From: Chloroflexaceae bacterium
GTDB taxonomy: Bacteria > Cyanobacteriota > Cyanobacteriia > Cyanobacteriales > JAAUTE01
Assembly: GCA_012031815.1 (NCBI GenBank)
Contig: JAAUTE010000001.1
Span: 1 to 40,810, forward strand
Direction: 5' to 3'
DNA: 40,810 bases
Shown here: piece by piece, positions 9,478-18,122 of the stretch
Position numbering within the stretch: position 1 is the first letter of the stretch
How the letters are laid out: the number at the start of each line of letters is the position of its first letter
The notes under the pieces: model-generated
Database searches by the model: none
What the model saw: only the letters and a program-made list of their open reading frames with translations
What the model was told of the DNA's origin: nothing
Translations under genes and position numbers: made by a program

Positions 9478-10812
9478 TGGGTCGGTTTCAGGGTATCGGG
9501 GGCTAATTCTCTCCAGTCCCGCCCCGATCCTCAGCCAAAAAGCGTTAATTGAACAATTTCATAGCGCCGTTTTTTTGGCGTCCCTGCCGGGAGCGAGCGC
9601 CACACCCTTTCGGCTGCCCGCCGCCCAAGGGGAACGGGAATTCCTCGCGCCGCCCTTGGTGGAACTCTCCTTACTGCCGGGGGATGCCCTAGCGGAGGAG
9701 CAATTTTGCGTCATTTTCACGAAAGACTTGGCTCTGGTCATGGTTTTGGGGACAAATGCCGCCGGCGCGCCCGCTTTTCAGTTTTCCTTCGACCCAGGGC
9801 TGGTTCGCCAAGCTTGGCTGCAGTTGCGATCGCGGCTGCACCTCGCTAAAGAAGACTACTTGCCGAATCTTGAGGCCTTGGTAGAGCAATTTGCGCCGCC
9901 AATCCCCGATTATCGCCTGGTGAGCGAGTTTGGCCGGCAGTTACTAAAACGCCTTGTCCGAGCTACCGGTGGTGGAAACTAGAACCACCAGAGCGATTCG
10001 CCTTGAGCCTGACGGGGAGGACTACCCAGCTAGCGATCGCCACTCCCGCAAAATTGTGCCCCTTGCCCAGCCCCGCAGCCCGCGCCCCCAGCTAGCCGCA
10101 ACCAGCCCCGGAAATAGAACTGCTCCAGGCCCTGACCCACGAAATTCGCACTCCCCTAACCACGATTCGCACCCTGGTTCGGTCTTTACTCAAGCGGAGT
10201 CAGCTTGCCGAATCAGTGCTTAAACGCTTGGAGGCCATCGATCAAGAGTGCACCGAACAAATTAACCGCATGGAATTGATTTTTCGGGCAGCGGAGTTAG
10301 AAACCCAGGCAACTCCTTCGACGCCAACCGGACTGACTTCCATCGCCCTGGAAAATTTGCTTCATCAAAGTATTCCCTATTGGCAAAAGCAAGCTCAGCG
10401 CCGCAATGTTCAATTTGACCTGGTGCTGCCGTCTAAATTACCTACGGTGGTTGGGAATTCCCACCTGCTCCATCAAGTTTTAGCGGGCTTGATGGAAAAA
10501 TGTATTCGGAGTTTGCCCAACGGCGGTCAAATTCGGTTGGAGGTGGCAACGGCGGGGAGTCAGCTCAAATTAGAGTTTAGGACGCAGCGGGAACGGGCCG
10601 ATCGACCCCTGAAAGCCCTGGGGAATTTATTGATGTTTCAGCCAGAAACGGGTAACCTTAGCCTCAACTGGGAAGTTACGAAAAACCTTTTTCAGGCCAT
10701 GGGGGGCAAGTTAATTGTCCGCCAGCGCTTGCTCCAGGGAGAAATTTTAACGGTGTTTCTCCCCTTGGACAGTGCTGATGCTGAAGCTCAAGCCTTTCCC
10801 CTAACGCAATAA
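9467..10812 (+). pseudogene. Sensor-histidine-kinase-like gene read across three frames, with an intact H-box and a degenerate ATP-binding domain
   Basis: Frame 2 (9467-9982) encodes the sensor part. Frame 0 (9954 to about 10105) encodes ELPVVETRTTRAIRLEPDG...PRPQLAATS. Frame 1 (10096-10812) encodes PEIELLQALTHEIRTPLTTIRTL, followed by a HATPase-like fold. The candidate indel sites are A4 9946-9949 and C4 10106-10109. Confidence 0.6.
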
Positions 10813-11129
10813 AAAACAACCTCTAACTTTCTCGGCTTTTTCTTGGATTTTTTTACCTATAAAAACGGCGATCGCCAAAGGTTTAGCTTGGCTGGGGTTG
10901 ACTTGAATTTGTCCTGAGATACTCCGGCGAGTGTGTTTTTCGAGACAGACGTTCCGGCAGATTTTATGGTATTGTAGCCCTGGTTTTTTGAGCCATCTTT
11001 TTCAGTTAGCCCCTCAAATTTTGAGCTTATTAATGGCAATTTCAGGCAATTGCCGTTTTACACTGAAGTTGCTTCGATTATTTGAGCCAGTCTCCCCTAA
11101 TTTTCGCCCTTCCCACCCAGGAAAAAGCA

Positions 11130-13367
11130 ATGTACCGATTTCAAGTTAGCGCACATACCACCGTCGGGGAAGCTATTGGCTTAGTCGGTTCCACGCCTCA
11201 ACTGGGCCAGTGGGATACCAAGGGCTGTATCCGCCTCCAAACCAGCCCCGATCGCTACCCCCTGTGGTGGGCAGACATTGACCTGGAATCCGACCGCGAT
11301 CGCAGCGGGGCCGGCCACGACAAAATCGAATACAAATATGTGCGCCTAGGGGCACGGGGCAGCGCCATTTGGGAGGCATTGGGGACGAATCGTTGGGTTC
11401 CCCTGGAAACCACCCACGACTTTGTTCTGATTGTGGACGACCGTGAATTCGCTCAGGTGCAGCCCTGGCCCTATGGCTATCCCGACCGGCCTTTGCCCCA
11501 AGCCCTCCCGCCCCAGGAAACCCACGGACAAAAAATCCTGGTGGTGGGCAGCTCGGTGGCGATGGGATGCAGTGCCTGGATGTTAAGGGGCTGGGCTTGG
11601 CTTTTAGGGCAGACACTGGGTCAGAAATACGGGCATCACTTAGTGAGTCGCTGTGTTTTGGGTGCTAATGTCGCCATGACCCTCCAGCGATTACCCGCGC
11701 TTTTAGCTCAAGAACAACCGGATCTAGTGATTATTGCCCTTTCCCTTGGCAATGAAGGACTGGCCTATTGTTCTCCCGGCGATCGCCAAGCGGTGCAGGA
11801 TCGCTTTGAGCGCGGACTCCAAAAACTCCTGCAATTGAGCCGAGCCATGGGGATCAAGCCTGTCTTGGGCGGGGTTTATCCCCATGACAACTACGGCCCG
11901 GAACAGTACCAGCGATTGAGGGAAACCCAGGCCCGGATGCTGAGCTGGGACGTGCCCGTTCTGGATTGGTTGGCGGTGCTGGATGACGGGACAGGTCGCT
12001 GGCGGCGCTCCCTTTCCTTTGATGCGGCCCACCCCAACAGCGAGGGGCATCGCTTGATGTATGAAGCCATCGATCTGAGTCTCTTTAAAACCCCGGAAAG
12101 CCTTGCTCCCCAGGGCCAACCCCCAACCGCTATCCCTGTCTATAGCGATGGCGAACAATTTCAAGCGATCGCCGATTCTCACCAGCAATTACGGGTTGTC
12201 AATACCTCGCCCTACCCCTACACCATTACCCCGACCTGGCAGCAATTCCAGTCCGCGCTGCGTACCCACGGAAATCTGCATCCCGGCGTCTACATTGCCC
12301 AGGATGGCGTCCCCGGCAGCGATGGCAGTTTTTTCGTGGGCGAAGATGGTCGTATCGAAACCGTCGTTACCATCGGGCCCCGGACTTGCCAAAAATACCG
12401 GACTGCCGCTTGCTTTTTCGCGCCCCAAACCGCCCAGATTCTCTTCTACGACGGTCAATTAGCCCTGCTCAAAGAAGGTAGCGCCTTGCGGGCCATTAAC
12501 GAGTCCGAGCATAGCTACAACATCCATCCTATGTGGCAAGAAGTGCGCAGCCTGCTTAAAGCCATGCCGCCGGGGGTTTACCACGATCCGCTCCAGCCCG
12601 ATGCCCCCTTCCGCACCCTGATCGTCGGCCCCGACGGCCTGGAAAATCGGGTGAAAGCCCTGCCCCAATCCGCCGTTCTCTTTGAATATAAGTGCCCCCT
12701 CTCCGAAATCAGCCGCATTGGCATCGTTCCCCTCGGCGATCGCTGTGCGGCCCGGATGCTGTTGTACAAAATGGAGTATGACGGCCCCGCCTTCCCCTTC
12801 GACCTCACCCGCACCACCAATCTGTCCGACATCGCCGATATGATTGCTAGCGGGTTTGACGATATGTGGAATCCAGCTTATTTGTACTACGACGCCGAGG
12901 CCAGACGGCTCTATCATCGCAAATGGACGGGACTCTCCTTCGGTCATGAAGTGGAAGACTGGGACGACCCTATCAGCAACATCTTCCCGGTGTTTGAGCG
13001 CATGCGCAACCGCTATAGCGCCCGTGCGGCTAGATTTTGGTACGTTATCGACAAAAGCGACAAGCTACTGTTTGTTCGTACCGGGGTTACCGAGCGGGGC
13101 AACGTCATCGATCTCATGGCCAAGCTAAGGGACAAATGCCAGGGCAAACCCTTCCAACTGCTGCTGCTCTCGCCCCAATCCTCTGGAGAATTTGCCAACC
13201 TGTCCCAGGTACTCCATTACAATTTGGAGTTCAATCCCGATCGCATGTACGCCGAGCTAGACTACTGGCTGGACTGTACGGAAATCCTGCGGAATATTCT
13301 CAACTCCCTAGGCATCACGAGCAACAACCTGTTTTGGTGTCCTCCCAAAATTCCCAGAGCCGCCTAG
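11130..13367 (+). CDS. Large multidomain protein: CBM20-like starch/glycogen-binding domain, SGNH/GDSL-type hydrolase, two copies of an unassigned module of about 90 aa, and a DUF1796-like C-terminal domain
   Basis: The ORF opens at TTG 11082. ATG 11130 (MYRFQVSAHTTVGEAIGLVGSTPQLGQWDT...LWWADIDL...EYKYV) looks like a CBM20 start. The SGNH blocks are ILVVGSSVAMG, LSLGNEG and DAAHPNSEGH. The C-terminus IVPLGDRCAARMLLYKMEYDGPAFPFDLTRT resembles DUF1796. Confidence 0.8.
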   Translation: MYRFQVSAHTTVGEAIGLVGSTPQLGQWDTKGCIRLQTSPDRYPLWWADIDLESDRDRSGAGHDKIEYKYVRLGARGSAIWEALGTNRWVPLETTHDFVLIVDDREFAQVQPWPYGYPDRPLPQALPPQETHGQKILVVGSSVAMGCSAWMLRGWAWLLGQTLGQKYGHHLVSRCVLGANVAMTLQRLPALLAQEQPDLVIIALSLGNEGLAYCSPGDRQAVQDRFERGLQKLLQLSRAMGIKPVLGGVYPHDNYGPEQYQRLRETQARMLSWDVPVLDWLAVLDDGTGRWRRSLSFDAAHPNSEGHRLMYEAIDLSLFKTPESLAPQGQPPTAIPVYSDGEQFQAIADSHQQLRVVNTSPYPYTITPTWQQFQSALRTHGNLHPGVYIAQDGVPGSDGSFFVGEDGRIETVVTIGPRTCQKYRTAACFFAPQTAQILFYDGQLALLKEGSALRAINESEHSYNIHPMWQEVRSLLKAMPPGVYHDPLQPDAPFRTLIVGPDGLENRVKALPQSAVLFEYKCPLSEISRIGIVPLGDRCAARMLLYKMEYDGPAFPFDLTRTTNLSDIADMIASGFDDMWNPAYLYYDAEARRLYHRKWTGLSFGHEVEDWDDPISNIFPVFERMRNRYSARAARFWYVIDKSDKLLFVRTGVTERGNVIDLMAKLRDKCQGKPFQLLLLSPQSSGEFANLSQVLHYNLEFNPDRMYAELDYWLDCTEILRNILNSLGITSNNLFWCPPKIPRAA

Positions 13368-13401
13368 ACTAGACTCATCTCTCGTTGCGGGCTACTTCGC
13401 C

Positions 13402-13649
13402 ATGCTGGAAAAATTGCTGACCTGGTTAAATCGCCTCCTCGTGCTGGACGTTTTCATTGTCATCGGGGGGTTTCTCTGGTTTGCGATCGTGCCATTGGTC
13501 GCTCCCTTCATCTTCCCCTGGGTTTCGAGCTGTGGTACAAGCTCTGGATGCCTCTGTTTAATCCAGCTATCGGGATTTTAATGGCTGGGGCGCTGCTGAG
13601 CTGGGCCGTGGCTAAACTCAAGCAAATTACCGCCGCCACAAAAAATTAG
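13402..13649 (+). pseudogene. Small two-TM membrane protein of about 82 aa, with an apparent -1 frame break
   Basis: ATG 13402 gives MLEKLLTWLNRLLVLDVFIVIGGFLWFAI..., which then becomes implausible (SSCGTSSGCLCL) and stops. The adjacent frame reads AIGRSLHLPLGFELWYKLWMPLFNPAIGILMAGALLSWAVAKLKQITAATKN up to the TAG at 13647-13649. The join is most likely in 13465-13492, which holds a G6 run and a truncated HIP1 site (gcgatcgt). Confidence 0.35.
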
Positions 13650-13659
13650 CGATCGCCAC

Positions 13660-13684
13660 AAAAAATCCCCGGAGCCAACGGGGA
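13660..13684 (-). terminator. Rho-independent terminator downstream of the CAAD-domain gene
   Basis: The minus strand reads TCCCCG-TTGGCTC-CGGGGA (6-bp GC-rich stem, 7-nt loop) followed by TTTTTT (13665-13660). It lies 60 nt past the stop at 13745. Confidence 0.6.
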
Positions 13685-13744
13685 CAGCACAGTCAAGGTG
13701 ATGGTAGCAATCAAGGCAATGGTGGGAGCTGACAGGGAAGCAAC

Positions 13745-14179
13745 TTATTTGCCCAAAACCTGCATTTTGAACGCTTCAATTTCTCTGCTCAGTTCTTCCC
13801 GAGAAGAGGCACGCAGCAGATAGCGAATCACAAACCAAAGAGAATAGCCAAGACCGACCAACTCCAGCAGGGGCGCTAACAGGGGGATGTTATCAATTGC
13901 TCCCAGAACTGCCAGGGTAATGTAGACAGAAACAACCGCAATAATGACAAGCAGCAACTTGATAAGCGGCTCGCGGTAGGTAACGGCAAAAGTGCCAATT
14001 ACATCAAAGACATCGGAAAGATAACCCAGCGCTCTATCGACATATTCTTGCCAGGGCTGCTCAGTCAGGGGGGCTTCCGCAGGAGAAAGCATGCCGGCTG
14101 GTTCAGAGTTGATTCCTACCCCTTGGGTTTCGGTGGCTCGAATTTGAGATTCCATATCCAACCTATCCTTAATCTGCAA
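13745..14179 (-). CDS. CAAD-domain thylakoid membrane protein (CurT/CURT1-like)
   Basis: The C-terminal half PLIKLLLVIIAVVSVYITLAVLGAIDNIPLLAPLLELVGLGYSLWFVIRYLLRASSREEL...KMQVLG has the CAAD two-helix signature. The listed start at 14179 is TTG. An in-frame ATG at 14155 (MESQIRATE) is the more likely start. Confidence 0.7.
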   Translation of the reverse strand: MQIKDRLDMESQIRATETQGVGINSEPAGMLSPAEAPLTEQPWQEYVDRALGYLSDVFDVIGTFAVTYREPLIKLLLVIIAVVSVYITLAVLGAIDNIPLLAPLLELVGLGYSLWFVIRYLLRASSREELSREIEAFKMQVLGK

Positions 14180-14406
14180 ATGAACAGTTTTTTGTTTATG
14201 AGTCAGTCGCCTTGGGAGCGGTTTGTCTAACTTTCGCTCATATTATCAAACACTCCCGACCACTTCACCAGACTAGCTACTTAACGATTCGTTATACAGT
14301 AGCTCCTGACTGGGAGGAATTGATAGAAAAAGCGGCGCTCTTGTTCCCTCTCAAAATAGCAGAACAGACGCCGTTTTTTAACTGGTTCGTGGGTTGCTGG
14401 CAGAAT

Positions 14407-15274
14407 CTAGGCCATAGCCGCTTGGGGGAGGACGGGTAAATTCATCCGTACGGCAGGCTGGCGGCAGTAAATTTCGCAGGCGTTATTGGGACTTTCGATG
14501 AGTTTGACTTTCTCTAGCTCTACCCCTAGGGACTGAATCGGCTCCCGCAGCCGTTCTACGATGTACAAGGCAATGTTTTCGGCGGTGGGTACTACCTCCG
14601 CGAAGTAGGGAATATCCTTGTTGAGGAAGGTGTGGTCAAAGGGTTCGAGGACACGATCGGCGATCGCCTGTTGGAGGGCGACTAGATCGACAATCATGCC
14701 CGTGCGGGAATCCATTTCACCGCTCACGGAGACTTCCAGGTGGTAATTATGACCATGACCGTGGATGCGGGCGCACTTGCCGTAAATCTGGTCATTTTCG
14801 GCTTGGCTGAGTTCGGGGAGTGCCAGGCGATGGGCGGCACTAAAATGGCTGCTGACAGTGAGGGTGGCTTCCATAGCGTTTCCTTGATAATCGGCCCAAA
14901 GTTCAGGGTGTTCGTATAAGCGAATATTGACGACGGTAGGTGAGGCGCTAGGCGGTGGTAGACTCGGCCCGGGCGATATTTTCCGTGGTGGGTAGGGTTT
15001 GGCGAAATTCAGGCCAGACATCGTTGAGGTAGGAAAAATCGAGATAGCTGGTGACTTCCCGCTCAATCACTTTTTTGACGTCCGACAAATTTAAGACCAT
15101 GCCATAGCGATCGATGGGGCCAGCCAGGGAGACGTAGAAGACATAGTTGTGCCCGTGACTGGGAAACCAACTACAAGCGCCAAATAGCCGCTGGTTCTCC
15201 CCTTCGTCCAATTCCGGCAACCAGTAGCGATGGCTCGCTGAAAACTTTACCCGTCGGTTAATGATGCAAATCAT
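14407..15274 (-). pseudogene. Tandem-domain 6-pyruvoyl-tetrahydropterin synthase / QueD-family protein, split into two ORFs by a frame break
   Basis: Domain 1 (15274-14948) reads RRVKFSASHRYW...CSWFPSHGHNY...PTTENIAR. Domain 2 (from about 14930 to 14407) reads VSSHFSAAHRL...CARIHGHGHNYHLEV...PTAENIALYI. The frames change between TENIAR and VVNIRLYEHPELWADYQG, at about 14948-14995 (ccc/ggg runs at 14969-14974). Confidence 0.75.
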
Positions 15275-15418
15275 GATTGAGGGCGGACTAAATTTTGTAA
15301 AGTTAAATTAAGTTGTGACGCTCCTTCCAGCATAGATCGCGGCAGAACTTTTTTAGAAAGAATCAAGCAATAAAACCATGTCAGGATGGTTGGGGAGTTT
15401 CGAGAGGGCTTGGAGGTG

Positions 15419-15928
15419 ATGGCGGCAAAATCAGTGGATATTGGCTTTATTCCCACGCCCTATGATTTAATTCCGGAGATGCTGACTTTAGCTAGGGCCG
15501 GTCGCGGCGACGTTCTCTACGATTTGGGCTGCGGGGATGGCCGGATTGCGATCAGGGCGGCACGTCAGTTGGGGATGCGAGCGGTGGGCATTGATATCGA
15601 CCCGGAGCGAATTCGGGAAGCCGAGGAAAATGCCCAGGCAGCAGGAGTGGCAGATTTAGTCACCTTTCGCCAGGAAAATCTGTTTGAGTGCGATTTTAGG
15701 GAGGCCACGGTGGTGGTTCTCTATCTGTTGCCTCACCTAAATTTACGCTTGCGTCCGGCGCTATTGCGCCAGTTACGACCGGGGGCGCGGATTGTTTCCC
15801 GCGATTTCGATCTGGGGGATTGGCCGCCGCAGCAGCGGGTTCATTTTACGGAGGTTGAGGAAGAAGCCACACTTTATTGCTGGGAAATACCCGATCGCCT
15901 CCAGGATTTGGCTAAACCAGGATTCTAG
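15419..15928 (+). CDS. Class I SAM-dependent methyltransferase
   Basis: The SAM-binding motif is VLYDLGCGDGRIAIRAA...AVGIDIDPERI. The ORF is open from 15386 with an ATG at 15419. Its stop shares the tetranucleotide CTAG (15925-15928) with the convergent gene. Confidence 0.8.
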   Translation: MAAKSVDIGFIPTPYDLIPEMLTLARAGRGDVLYDLGCGDGRIAIRAARQLGMRAVGIDIDPERIREAEENAQAAGVADLVTFRQENLFECDFREATVVVLYLLPHLNLRLRPALLRQLRPGARIVSRDFDLGDWPPQQRVHFTEVEEEATLYCWEIPDRLQDLAKPGF

Positions 15929-16538
15929 TCACTGGTAGGGGACGGGGTAGCTGCGAGGCTTTGTTTGTCCCGATAAAGTAGTCCAATCAAGTGAATAATG
16001 CTCAAAATAGCGGCAGCAGTCGCTAAAACGTAGCTGTGCAGGGTGTAGAGATGGGCAACGGTGGTGGTATTGACCGCGCCGCCGCCGACGATAATCTGCC
16101 GCAGGGTGGGGCCAATGTAAGGAAGGGCTTCCAGGGTTCCCAGCTCAATGGTAAAGCGCCAGTAGCCAAGCTGAGTCCAATCCAGCAGCATTGCCGTCCA
16201 TCCCAGGCCAATGGCGGTTAGCGGCAGCAGAATACCGCTAATCCAGGAAACTAACCAGGCTAGACAAAACTGTTCCGCAAAAACAGCACGAAAATTTGCA
16301 CCAGCGCCAGCACGATTAAACCGTTGCCAGCTACGGTATGAAGGCGCTCCATCAGCCAACCAAAGGGAATTTGGGCTTGGATCGTCTTCAGGGAGTTGTA
16401 TGCGCCGCCAGCGGTGGGTTCGTAGTTAAAAGACAGCAAAATTCCGGTGAACGCTGCGGTAAATCCCAAGGATAGGATGGCGATCGCCAGGAGGGTCGCC
16501 AGTCGCTCTAGCCGAAAACCAGACTTAATCGCAATCAT
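15925..16538 (-). pseudogene. Cytochrome b/b6 N-terminal-domain-like membrane protein, split into two ORFs by a frame break
   Basis: ORF 16538-16260 reads ...FNYEPTAGGAY...IPFGWLMERLHTVAGNGLIVLALVQIFVLF. ORF 16359-15925 reads FAEQFCLAWLVSWISGILL...DWTQLGYW...PYIGPTLRQIIVGGGAVNTTTVAHLYTLHSYVLATAAAILSIIHL. A join at the A5 run 16279-16283 (T5 on the coding strand) restores ...VLFFAEQF... Confidence 0.7.
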
Positions 16539-16646
16539 GACTTTAAGTTCATAGGATTAGATGTGTATTTTTATTCAATTGTATGTATTTTTGCTAAGTG
16601 GAACTCGGTAATGCTCCCGGAATTCCAGAGGTGATAGGGAGCGATT

Positions 16647-16692
16647 AAAAAAAATTGGGGCGAAGGATTGGCGTCCAAACCCCTAGCGCCCC
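16647..16692 (-). terminator. Rho-independent terminator downstream of the yqeY-like gene
   Basis: The minus strand has the stem GGGGCG...CGCCCC (16692-16687 pairing with 16662-16657), then AA and a T8 run (16654-16647). It lies 25 nt past the stop at 16718. Confidence 0.6.
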
Positions 16693-16717
16693 TAAAGGAA
16701 AAGGTATCCAAAATATT

Positions 16718-17176
16718 TTAGGAATTTAGCTTTTCTTTGGCGAGCTGTTGAATTTTCTTGCCATCGGCCCGTCCTTTTAGCTCTTTTATGGCTTGTCCCA
16801 TGACTTTTCCCACATCTTTGGCGGTAGTTGCACCGACGGCGGCAATAATACGATCTAGAATCTCGCTGATTTCAGTGTCGCTGAGCTGTTTGGGCAAATA
16901 AGTTTCAATGATTGCCAATTCCTGCTCCTCCTTTTGGGCCAGGTCTTCCCGCCCGCCCTGACGAAACTGTTCAATGGAATCCCGCCGCTGCTTGGCCTGT
17001 TGGGCTAAGAGATCTAGCTCTTGCTCCTCGGTGAGGCTTTCCTGCCCCGACGGACGCACCGCAACTTCTTTTTCCAGTACCGCTTTTTTGAGAGAGCGAA
17101 CCGTTTCCAAGCGAATTTTAGCCCTCGCCTTCATGGATTCCTTGATGTCTTCGGATAAACGCTCCTTTAATCCCAT
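16718..17176 (-). CDS. GatB/YqeY-domain protein
   Basis: The 152-aa protein reads MGLKERLSEDIKESMKARAKIRLETVRSLKKAVLEKEV...IIETYLPKQLSDTEI...VMGQAIKELKGRADGK, which is the typical YqeY pattern. Confidence 0.85.
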   Translation of the reverse strand: MGLKERLSEDIKESMKARAKIRLETVRSLKKAVLEKEVAVRPSGQESLTEEQELDLLAQQAKQRRDSIEQFRQGGREDLAQKEEQELAIIETYLPKQLSDTEISEILDRIIAAVGATTAKDVGKVMGQAIKELKGRADGKKIQQLAKEKLNS

Positions 17177-17208
17177 AAGTCCCGTTCCTCAAGGGTTTTT
17201 AGCTGTGG

Positions 17209-18009
17209 TTATTTTAACGTTTGCGCTGCCGGAAGGCGAAATGTCCCCACCACGGGAAAATGATCCGAGGGAATCACTCCTTGCCATTGCTGAGTTGCGA
17301 CAAAAATGTCCTGAATTTTCACCCGCCGATCGCAGTAAATGGTATCGATGGGAGCGGTGGCTTGGTCGCTGAAATTATTGTAGGTTAGCTGCTGCGATCG
17401 CGGCAGTTGGGCTAAGGCATCGGCTAATTGTAGGCCATTCCTTAACGGTTGTAGCAAAATTTGTCTGGGGTACTTTTCCGGGGGACAATTAAAATCGCCG
17501 GTGACAAAAAGATAGATTTGGGGCGAAACCAGGCCGAGGCGATCGCAGATTAATTTGGCGCTGAATTCTCTAGCGAGAGAGCTACGGTAGGAAAAATGGG
17601 TATTAAATAAAGCGAACCGATGATTGCGATTGCGAGGGGTGAAGGTTGCCCAGGTGACTATGCGGGCATGGCGATTGCCCCAGCTTGGCGTCATGCTACC
17701 GGAAATCGCGGGCGTTTCGCTCAGAGAAAAATCCTGGGTTTCCAGACAGTTTAACCGCTGCTGGTGATAGAAAATAGCGCAGGTTTCGCTGTCTCCCGTT
17801 CCGTCTCGATCTTGACCGACGCTGGCATAATTGGGCAGTAGATCCCGCAAATCCGCTAGCTGATGGGGTTTTCCTTCTTGGGTTCCCATTAAATCCGGTC
17901 GATAGTAGTTAATGAGCGCCGCGATCGCCTTTTTGCGGACTTGCCAATTGTATTGGTCGGGATCGGGTTTGTCGTAGCGAATATTAAAGCTAATAATTTT
18001 AAGGTTCAT
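17209..18009 (-). CDS. Endonuclease/exonuclease/phosphatase (EEP) family protein
   Basis: The motifs IISFNIRY, LMGTQEG, GDFN and PSDHFPV are present. The ORF is open from 18039, and the ATG at 18009 (MNLKIISFN) is the likely start. Confidence 0.8.
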   Translation of the reverse strand: MNLKIISFNIRYDKPDPDQYNWQVRKKAIAALINYYRPDLMGTQEGKPHQLADLRDLLPNYASVGQDRDGTGDSETCAIFYHQQRLNCLETQDFSLSETPAISGSMTPSWGNRHARIVTWATFTPRNRNHRFALFNTHFSYRSSLAREFSAKLICDRLGLVSPQIYLFVTGDFNCPPEKYPRQILLQPLRNGLQLADALAQLPRSQQLTYNNFSDQATAPIDTIYCDRRVKIQDIFVATQQWQGVIPSDHFPVVGTFRLPAAQTLK

Positions 18010-18122
18010 TTTCCTGAGAAAACTGCCATACAACCGCATTTTACCAGGGAGTAACAGGGCGATCGCCAGCTAAATTGAGGAGCGATACCATAGAAGCAGC
18101 ATTTTTCCTGCCCAAGCTGCCG

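Noticed and set aside
11173-12947. Antisense ORFs (11173..11616, 11724..12188, 12189..12458, 12459..12947) opposite the CBM20 gene
   Set aside because: They tile the opposite strand of a 2.2-kb gene that has clear domain motifs. Their translations are Gly/Pro/Arg-rich and lack motifs.
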